Source: Pseudomonadales bacterium | GTDB taxonomy: Bacteria > Patescibacteriota > Microgenomatia > UBA1400 > PJMF01 | Assembly (NCBI GenBank): GCA_020632235.1 | Contig: JACKFY010000002.1 | Location: 96,894 to 160,893, forward strand | Length of the DNA stretch: 64,000 bases | Direction of reading: 5' to 3' | Notes under the pieces: generated by a model | Database searches by the model: none | The model's input: the letters and a program-made list of their open reading frames with translations, nothing else | Told to the model about the DNA's origin: nothing | Program-made: the position numbers and the translations under genes | Shown here: positions 9,224 through 17,300 of the stretch, piece by piece | Layout of the letters: each line of letters opens with the position of its first letter | How positions within the stretch are numbered: position 1 is the stretch's first letter

Positions 9224-10363
9224 ATGAGAACGTGGCAGCGCACTAATCGCCCCCATACTATCTGGACAGACTTGAAGGAATTTTTTGCCTTTTGTAAAAA
9301 GTATGTCTGGACGCGGGGGTATGCTTACTTCTCTCGGTTTGAGGGTGCTAAAAATGTTGTGGTAGACGCTCTCTACAAGCGCAGAGGAAAGTACGCTCGA
9401 CCATTTTTACACTTTGGGGCGGTAGGTCTTACTTTTTTGGTTGTAACCATTGGTCCTTACATACTTTCGAGCAGAGACACCACAGAGCCGTCTCAGCCCA
9501 CCAGAAGCGTGCTTTCGGCAGCCAATGCAAACGAGAGTTTTTACACCCAACAGGCAGAAGAGGTAAAACAGTATAGAGGTGGCGAGATCATCATTCATAC
9601 TGTTGCGGAAAACGAAACACTTTCCCAAATAGCTGCTCGCTACGGGCTTTCTGTAGATACTATTTTGTGGGAAAATAATCTTTCTGAAAAAGATAGTCTC
9701 AAGCCAGGTACTGAGCTGCGCATTTTGCCGGTAGATGGAGTACGTCACAAGGTTTCTCGTGGTGAGACTATTTACTCAATTGGGAAAAAGTATGGACTGG
9801 ATGCAGCCCAGGTGCAGGTTATTGTTGACTATCCGTTTAATGAGTTTCTCAATGATGAAACATTTGAGTTGGCTACAGGTCAGTACGTGGTAGTGCCGGG
9901 GGGAAAACCTCCAGAGAAAACAACGAGTGCTGCTACCACTCGATCTGGGACGACAGTGGCGCGTGCTGCCCAACAAACACCAGACGCAGGGGCAGTGACG
10001 GCTACGGGTAGTTTTGTTTGGCCTGCGTCAGGGCGTATTACGCAGGGATATAGTTTTTACCACAAGGCATTTGATATTGCCAATCAGGGCGGTGGGCCTA
10101 TCTTGGCAGGCGATAGTGGTACCGTTACTGCTGCTGGTTGGGACTCTAGCGGATATGGTAATAGAGTGATCATTGACCATGGCAATGGATACAGCACCCT
10201 GTATGGACATATGCGGGTGCTGCAAGTGAGTGTTGGCCAGACGGTGAGCAGGGGTAGTGTGATAGGCCAGATGGGTAGTACGGGTAGATCAACCGGCACA
10301 CATCTTCATTTTGAGGTGCGACAAGGTGGAATATTGTTGAATCCAGGATCATTTTTGAGGTAG
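9224..10363 (+). CDS. membrane-anchored LysM-LysM-M23 family metallopeptidase
   Basis: N-terminal TM helix, two LysM repeats (TLSQIAARYGLSVDTILWENNL; ETIYSIGKKYGLDAAQ), M23 motifs GYGNRVIIDHGNGYSTLYGHM and GSTGRSTGTHLHFEV. Confidence 0.85.
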   Translation: MRTWQRTNRPHTIWTDLKEFFAFCKKYVWTRGYAYFSRFEGAKNVVVDALYKRRGKYARPFLHFGAVGLTFLVVTIGPYILSSRDTTEPSQPTRSVLSAANANESFYTQQAEEVKQYRGGEIIIHTVAENETLSQIAARYGLSVDTILWENNLSEKDSLKPGTELRILPVDGVRHKVSRGETIYSIGKKYGLDAAQVQVIVDYPFNEFLNDETFELATGQYVVVPGGKPPEKTTSAATTRSGTTVARAAQQTPDAGAVTATGSFVWPASGRITQGYSFYHKAFDIANQGGGPILAGDSGTVTAAGWDSSGYGNRVIIDHGNGYSTLYGHMRVLQVSVGQTVSRGSVIGQMGSTGRSTGTHLHFEVRQGGILLNPGSFLR

Positions 10364-10365
10364 TA

Positions 10366-11547
10366 ATGATAGATCTAGTAACTCTCACACTCAAAGGCGG
10401 TGATGGTGGCAACGGACGCGTTTCTTTTCGAAGAGAAGCGCGCGTGATGAAGGGAGGGCCAAACGGAGGGCGGGGAGGGGACGGAGGTAGTGTTTTAATC
10501 AGAGCCTCCAAGCATCTGGCAACACTCAAGCAGTATGCAGGAAAGACGCATTTTTCAGCAGAGGATGGTCGATTTGGGGGAAGACAAAAGCAAACAGGTA
10601 AAAATGGTGCTTCACTGGTGTTAGAAGTGCCACTGGGCACACAAGTAACCGTTACTGCAGAGAACAGCATCTCGGATTACAGAAGAAGGAAAAAGAAGAC
10701 TGATGGCCGCCTGAAAAGAGGTGACGCGCGTCTTCAGCGCTACTTACTGCCCAGAGAAGGTGCCCCTATTCCCGGCAGAGAGCCAGATGAACTGCAAGAA
10801 CTAACGCCACCACTTGTAGTTGCAGAGCTACTTGAAGACGGACAAGAGCTTCTCATATGCCAGGGAGGGTATGGTGGGCGGGGAAATGACTCGTTCAAAG
10901 GCCCTGAGCGCACAACGCCACTCATTGCTGAGTACGGCTCGTTTGGAGAGGAAAAAGTGGTGCAGCTAGAGCTAAAGCTCTTGGCTGATGTCGGGCTAGT
11001 TGGATATCCCAACGTTGGTAAAAGCACCATTGTGTCGTCTTTGACTGGTGCAAGCACAAAAATTGGCGCCTATCCATTTACTACATTGGAGCCTCATCTG
11101 GGTGTACTTCGTGTTTCTAGCTCGAGTAGTGTTGAGGAAGAGCTGGTGATAGCTGATATTCCTGGGCTGATAGAGGGGGCAAGTGAAGGCAAGGGTTTGG
11201 GTCATGACTTTTTGCGTCACATAGAAAACACCCGCGCGCTGTGGTTTGTGTTGGCGCTTGAAGAAGCAGATGTGTTTGATGAACAGAAAGATGCCTCTTT
11301 TCTCGCCAAGTTGCTCTATGAGCAGTATGCTGCCCTTCTGAGTGAACTTCACTCACACAACCCCGTTGTGTTAGAAAAGCAGCAAGTAGTAACGGTCAAC
11401 AAAGTTGATCTCTACTCTGAGGATGTGCGACAGGCCATCACTCAAGTATTTACACATAAGGGGATAGAGGTGTTGTTGATGAGTGCGGCGACCGGAGAGG
11501 GAGTTTCCCAAGTGAAAGAGCGAGTGTTTGAGGTTGTGTTGGTGTAG
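10366..11547 (+). CDS. obg: GTPase Obg/CgtA (with an insertion in the Gly-rich Obg fold)
   Basis: GGDGGNGRVSFRREA...GGPNGGRGGDGG Obg fold, G1 GYPNVGKST, 3-nt gap after the M23 peptidase. Confidence 0.9.
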   Translation: MIDLVTLTLKGGDGGNGRVSFRREARVMKGGPNGGRGGDGGSVLIRASKHLATLKQYAGKTHFSAEDGRFGGRQKQTGKNGASLVLEVPLGTQVTVTAENSISDYRRRKKKTDGRLKRGDARLQRYLLPREGAPIPGREPDELQELTPPLVVAELLEDGQELLICQGGYGGRGNDSFKGPERTTPLIAEYGSFGEEKVVQLELKLLADVGLVGYPNVGKSTIVSSLTGASTKIGAYPFTTLEPHLGVLRVSSSSSVEEELVIADIPGLIEGASEGKGLGHDFLRHIENTRALWFVLALEEADVFDEQKDASFLAKLLYEQYAALLSELHSHNPVVLEKQQVVTVNKVDLYSEDVRQAITQVFTHKGIEVLLMSAATGEGVSQVKERVFEVVLV

Positions 11548-11548
11548 T

Positions 11549-11606
11549 TAAAACCCTTTTACCACGCTCTTGCTTGGTTTTTCCCCTTACAAGGGGAAGG
11601 CAAAAT
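11549..11606. repeat. mosaic intergenic repeat, copy B (single module), immediately after obg stop
   Basis: aaaacccttttaccacgctcttgcttggtttttccccttacaaggggaagg, near-identical to 7085-7135. Confidence 0.55.
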
Positions 11607-11622
11607 CTTTCGAGATGACCGG

Positions 11623-13776
11623 CTATGTTGCTGGCGCCTCAGGCGACGGCGAGCTGGTGGTTTCTAGATCCTGCGTGGGGTCAGTCTCTTTGTCGCTAGC
11701 ATTTGGAGTTGCTTGCGCATCTATCTCTTCTGTTGTGGCAGGGTCACTGACTGCGTCTTCTGGGTTTTGCAGTGCTTCATTGAGTAAGCTTGGTTGTTCT
11801 ACCGTACTCTCGTCGGCAGCTTGTTCCTGATTTTGCGCTGCTGCCTGCTGTTCTGCCAGCGGCTGTACCTCTCCTAGTTCTTGCTGCACCTGCGCATACT
11901 CTGCGCTCGCAGGGTCAATGAGTGCGAGTGTTCTTTGATAGGCAATGACTGCATTTTGGTAGTCTCCGAGGTTGGCAAGTGAGATTGCAAGGTTATACTG
12001 TGCCTGTGGGTAGTCTGGCTTGAGGTCTGTGGCCTGCGCAAAGAGTTGCGCTGCTTGTGCATACTCTTCTGCGTTAAAGAAGATCGTCGCTAGGTTGTTG
12101 CGCAGAGCAGGGTTGGTGGGGTCAGTTTCTATAGCGGTAATGTAGCTTTGGACAGCAAATTGGTCTGCTCCCTCAATACTGCCGATGAGGTTGGCATATA
12201 TTTGTGCCAAAACTGTCCAATTTTGGGTATCAGATGGGTCCAATATTGTGGCAGACCGAGCTTCTCTGACGGCTTGCGTTATGAGCGTGTTGACCTGTTC
12301 CTGCTCTGCTTGGGTTATATCTTTGTTGCTTGATAGGGCAGCAGCAACCAGGATGTTGCTGGCAGCATACTCGCGCCTCATGTAGTCTAGGTACGGGTTT
12401 AGCTCTACTGCTTTTTGTTGATTGGTGTAGAGACCTACCCCGTCATCATTTTGTGCTGCTTTGGCAGACTCATTCATGTAAAAATGAGCGGCGTAAGCCC
12501 GCCCTGTTTGATAGATGAGCCAAGCCACCAGAAGTAATGGAATAACTCCTGCTGATAGAGAGAGTGCGCGCCTGAGAGTACTTTTAGACGACTGTGTTGT
12601 TTTTGTAGCATGTTGATCGCCATCAAGTAGTTTTACAGAGAATGGATGGAGTTGTAGTCGCCTAAACCTATCTTTTTCGGCTGCCGTATACAACATAATC
12701 ATCAAGGCTAATATGACCAGCAGAACAATATTACTTGGTAGAAACACCTGTGAGATAAACACGGTAGCTATGAGTAGCCCAAGAGCTTTCGAGGAGCTGC
12801 CGCTGTCACCCAGCTGCATAAGAAATGATCCGGCAAATAAAAGGTATGTGGTAACCCCCAAAACCCCCATGCTGACAATGAGTGTGAGCGGGGTGTTTGC
12901 AGCAAAGCCAAACGGTATGTTCCAGGCTGGACTTGTGTTTACAGTGACAGGTTTGTACTGCGTATACGCATTTGTGTACAAGCTACTACCGACACCAATT
13001 ACAGCAGTGCGAGGAGATCTGAGTGAGTCAAGCGCTATTGACCAACTGGTGCTAAAACTGGGGAGTATAACCTCAGCTGGTTTTCCAGGCAGAAGAGACC
13101 AAATATGCACACCTGCTCCTACTAACAAAATGGGCAGAAGCACGAGATGAAGTGTGCTTATTTTTTTTCTAAAGAAAGAAAGACTTATGACGCCAAGTAT
13201 TGAGAGCATAATAACTTCTAGAGATATCAGGGCAGATCCAGTCAGACTAAACACCAGGCTGGATGGGAGAGAGAGACCAAATAGAGCATTGAGTGCTTGA
13301 CTGGGTCCAAATCCAAGTAATTGCAGTGTGGCCAAGACACTTAGAATAGAAGAAGTAATAGCAAGGCAAGTGATAAGTGCTTCTGAAAGGTTTTTTTTAA
13401 TTAAGGATGGGCCGAGTACTCCGATGGCTGCCAGGCCGATGTAGACACCGCCCGCGCCAAGAATATTTTCTTGGGGATACGTAGTGGTAAAGAATGTACT
13501 TGCCGCTGCTGCTAGACCAAATAAAACAAGGGGAAGTGTAAAAGGCCCAGTAATGATCTCTACTGCTTTTATTTTGATTGAACGCAGTGTGTAGAGTGTT
13601 ACTGTGGCGAGTATAAAAAAGAAAAATGTATACAGCTTGGTAGTAGAAACAAAATTATCGGTGATGGGCAGCACAAACAAAATGATGGAGCACATCATGG
13701 CAAAAGAAAAAATAGTCATGAGTGATTGGAGGGCAGAGGCGTGTTTCATAGGCATCATACAGTGTAGTACATACAA
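11623..13776 (-). CDS. O-antigen ligase/polymerase-like (Wzy_C-type) polytopic membrane protein with C-terminal TPR repeats and acidic tail
   Basis: ~10 predicted TM helices over the first ~400 aa; C-terminal TPR-like repeats (AQIYANLIGSIEGADQFAVQSYITAIETDP..; AEEYAQAAQLFAQATDLKPDYPQAQYNLAISLANLGDYQNAVIAYQRTLALIDP); start uncertain (several Met near N-terminus). Confidence 0.55.
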   Translation of the reverse strand: MYVLHCMMPMKHASALQSLMTIFSFAMMCSIILFVLPITDNFVSTTKLYTFFFFILATVTLYTLRSIKIKAVEIITGPFTLPLVLFGLAAAASTFFTTTYPQENILGAGGVYIGLAAIGVLGPSLIKKNLSEALITCLAITSSILSVLATLQLLGFGPSQALNALFGLSLPSSLVFSLTGSALISLEVIMLSILGVISLSFFRKKISTLHLVLLPILLVGAGVHIWSLLPGKPAEVILPSFSTSWSIALDSLRSPRTAVIGVGSSLYTNAYTQYKPVTVNTSPAWNIPFGFAANTPLTLIVSMGVLGVTTYLLFAGSFLMQLGDSGSSSKALGLLIATVFISQVFLPSNIVLLVILALMIMLYTAAEKDRFRRLQLHPFSVKLLDGDQHATKTTQSSKSTLRRALSLSAGVIPLLLVAWLIYQTGRAYAAHFYMNESAKAAQNDDGVGLYTNQQKAVELNPYLDYMRREYAASNILVAAALSSNKDITQAEQEQVNTLITQAVREARSATILDPSDTQNWTVLAQIYANLIGSIEGADQFAVQSYITAIETDPTNPALRNNLATIFFNAEEYAQAAQLFAQATDLKPDYPQAQYNLAISLANLGDYQNAVIAYQRTLALIDPASAEYAQVQQELGEVQPLAEQQAAAQNQEQAADESTVEQPSLLNEALQNPEDAVSDPATTEEIDAQATPNASDKETDPTQDLETTSSPSPEAPAT

Positions 13777-13872
13777 AACGATGCTGTAAAGCCAGAGATT
13801 GTTGCCACTTGCTGATATTCTCGTACTTGCGATAGCAAAGCAGCTTTACTATGATGCAGAGAGGAAAAACTG

Positions 13873-14304
13873 ATGAAAAAAACTGGCTTTACCCTTATTG
13901 AAATACTTATTGTTGTGTCTATTATTGGTATCTTGGCGGCTCTTATTGTAGGAAACTTTTTGTCAGCCAGAGAAAGAGCAGCCGATGGAGCCATGAAAGG
14001 AGAGTTGGGTCAGCTGAAAACAGCTCTTCAGTTGTACTACAATGATAATCAGTCTTTTCCTTCCAGTCTTCCAGCAGAAGATCAGCAGTTTTCTGACAAT
14101 GGAACTACCTATATGGGTTCTATACCGAGAGTTGATTACTACGAGCAGCTAGACTCTGGTGATGATTTTCTTTCGTGTTCGGGGCTTGAACGCGCCGCTG
14201 ATGATCAAAAGGTGACACTAGAGAGATGTGATGTTGATGAATCTGTTGTTGAAACTTTGGCTTCTGAGGGAAGAGAAAATCCCTACTGTGTCTGTGCGGA
14301 TTAG
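13873..14304 (+). CDS. type IV pilin / pseudopilin (prepilin N-terminal cleavage-methylation domain)
   Basis: MKKTGFTLIEILIVVSIIGILAALIV class III signal with G|FTLIE cleavage/methylation site; Cys-rich C-terminus; divergent from the ligase-like gene (96-bp shared upstream region). Confidence 0.8.
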   Translation: MKKTGFTLIEILIVVSIIGILAALIVGNFLSARERAADGAMKGELGQLKTALQLYYNDNQSFPSSLPAEDQQFSDNGTTYMGSIPRVDYYEQLDSGDDFLSCSGLERAADDQKVTLERCDVDESVVETLASEGRENPYCVCAD

Positions 14305-17300
14305 TTGATAATCCACCAGTTAAAGGTGACGTCGTTTGATGATGGGTTATCAAAGCCAACGGTAAGTAGCGCCTCATTTTCTAGAGTTTCTGGATTATCT
14401 GTTTGTTGATTTTTGATATACAACACCTGATTGCCTGTACTCCCCACAGGCGTGATGTAGACGAGTGAGTCTTGCGTGAGGCTGCTAGCAATGATGGAGA
14501 GCTCTGTTTGATTACTCTTGATCGTTGCTTTGCCGGAAGAAGCGCTGGTTGCTAGGGGTTCTCCCTCTGGCTGCTGTGTGAAGTCTTGGGCGTTGAGCCC
14601 CAGCTTGCTAAATTGAGCCTCGCCGTCTGCATCAATGCTGGCAACAGCAGTCTGTGTTTCGTCAACAACTTCAAAGCTAGAATCTAGCACCTCGCCAGAG
14701 CTCGTAGCAACGCCGGCCACCTGTACGCGCAGTGGGTTTTCGTACGAGGTGGGTTGGAGTAAGTCTCCCAAGAGCGACCCTTCAACTGCAACGTCACCAG
14801 CAACTGTTAGGTTGCCATCAATTTTTGCCAGACCAGAATCATCAAGAGTGAGGAGTCCTGCCAGTAGCTCAATTGTACCCATTCCCTCTGGCTGAATGTG
14901 CAGGGTGTCTTGACTGTCTGCGGCCTGGTAGCTGAGTACTCCATCTGCCAGTGTGGTGCGCTCGCCAATAGCAATGCTACTTCCCACCCCCAGCATATCT
15001 GAAACATACGCAATACCATTTACATTAAAGTAGGTTGTGACGTACACAGCATCTGGCACAATGACGGTTTCAGTGGCACTGAGGTTTAAGTCCTCAAGAG
15101 AAAGATCTAATTCTGAGGTGCTCACTGGTGTGTAGCCCAGACCTTCTGCAACGCTGGCTGCCGCAGTGGCCGGGGCAGGGTTTTCCGGCTGGATACCACG
15201 AATGATGTCAATCAGGCTTTGCTCATTAAGTGATGAGGCAACTTTGTCATCAAGCCCATCGATGTTTTGTGCATATAATGTACCCGAGACAGTAGCGTTC
15301 ATAAACTCTGCTGTTTGGGCGTTTATCTCTCTCATTTGAGCAATTTCTGTTTCAAGGTAGGAAAGGCGGGCAGACTCTGCGGTGATACTTTCACTTGCTA
15401 AAGTACCCGATATGGTAGCTTCTTGTGCCAGTAATGTGCTCAAATTGGTTTCTTCTTGTACCACTAGGTTGTTGGTGGTCACTGTTTCTGCAGCTACCTT
15501 TCCGCTAAAGGTAGCGTTGCCTTGATTATCTATTTGAGCTACTACACTACCGTTACTATTTTTCACGGCTAGATTATTGATTACAGCATCTTCCGGCAAA
15601 CTTTGGCGTTGTTGTTCAGTATTGATAATCCTTTTAATCATGGACTCGATAGACTCGCCTTTGATAGAAAGAGCAGAGGTGTTCAAACTTTGCACCTCTG
15701 CCGTTTTGGTTACAACCAGCTCTTTAGTGTGTACGAGTCCGGCAGTCATATTCGCAATAAAGGCTTTAGAAGCACCAATGACTGCAGAGAGAGGAGAGCT
15801 GACACCTGCTGGCGTGGCTGTGTACGTGCCGTTTTGTTTTGCAATAATGACTGTGCCGTCTGGTGCGAGTGAGATCTTTTCTAGCTTAGTCAGTTTTGAC
15901 TTGTTGGACATAATAAGTGATTGTTGTTCTTGCACGGCATTCACCAGTACTGCAGTGAGTTGTTTGTACTTCACACCTTCTATTTGGCCATTGGCGTATG
16001 TTGCTAGTAGTGGATCAATTTGTTCTACCTCTTCTGCAACGAAACCAAGATCATGCATGCCATCTGCCTTCCAGTCAAATACAACTGGTCTCAGTTGCAT
16101 TACTTCATTCAGACCCAGGTCAAGGCTTTCAATGTTTTCTTTGTACCTTTGGCTGGAAGAACAGGTGCTTAAGGCATTGAGAGTATTTCTACATACGTCT
16201 GTAGCACCATTAAAAGATAATACACCAAGAAACAGGCCGCCTGTCAATGCGCCATTGCCATTAACATGAAGTGCTTGTGTTGGTGTTACGCCAATTCCTA
16301 ATTGGCCAGAACTATTGATTTCTAGAGCAGTGTTGCTACCTGGAGTTGTGCCGGTGCCAATAAAGAACGAGTCGTCGTTGTCGTTTCCCGCATCATCTTG
16401 CACACCCATCCAAAAGTCAGTATCTGTTGAGGTAGAAGTATCAAATATAATAGAAGAATCTGCTTTATTGAGTGTTAAATCACCACTAAGAGTTCCCCCA
16501 CTTAATGCTAAATATCTGCCGTCGAGCTGAGTTCTCGTGAGTAAGTCACCACCTGCATTATTATCAAGATAGCCTTCTGTACCCAGGTCTGAGTAGGCAG
16601 AAAATGAGTTGTCACTTACAGAGCCACCACTTATAGTGAGGTCATTTGCCACATATGCATCGGCGATTGCACTGCCTTGCCAGGTACCAGTACCAATAGT
16701 CCCCAGTGTCGTAATGCTTGTTTGTCCTGCATAGGTAGAAGCTATTCTCAAACCACTCGCACTCTTTGAAAGCGTAGAGCCATCTAGTTCAAGAGAGAAG
16801 ACAGTGCCAGACTCTTCTATGCCAAGACCATCTGCAGAGTAGGTGGTATTAGTATCATTACTGCCCGTAGCACTAATGGTAATAGTGTCTGTTGTAGCAT
16901 TGGTGGTGATAGTCACATTAGAGCCTGCTGCAAGAGTAAGAGTGTCATTGTTTTGATCAGATACGACGTTTGATTGTCCTGAGACTGCTATGTTTTTAAA
17001 GATGTTTTGTTGTGAACCTCTATCACTGTTGGTAACAGTAAAAGTAGTACCTTCACCAGCACTACCTGATACTGATATACCCGTACCTGCTGCAACTGAC
17101 CCAGCATAGTTGCCAGTGGTGTCAGTACCAAGAGCTACTGCATCAGGTTGGATAACAACACTGCCTAGTCCTGTTCCTGCTACATCACCTGCAATATCAA
17201 TAGCAGCTTCTAGTGTGCTTTCTGTAGTGGCATCAATACTATCAAGACCATTGAGGGTACCTGTTCCTGCAAGGTTGATGGTAGTAACAGTGTCTAGTAC

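Noticed and set aside
11570-11830. 86-aa plus-strand ORF after obg
   Set aside because: Overlaps the repeat copy B and the 3' end of the ligase-like gene on the opposite strand; low-complexity Ala/Ser/Gly composition.
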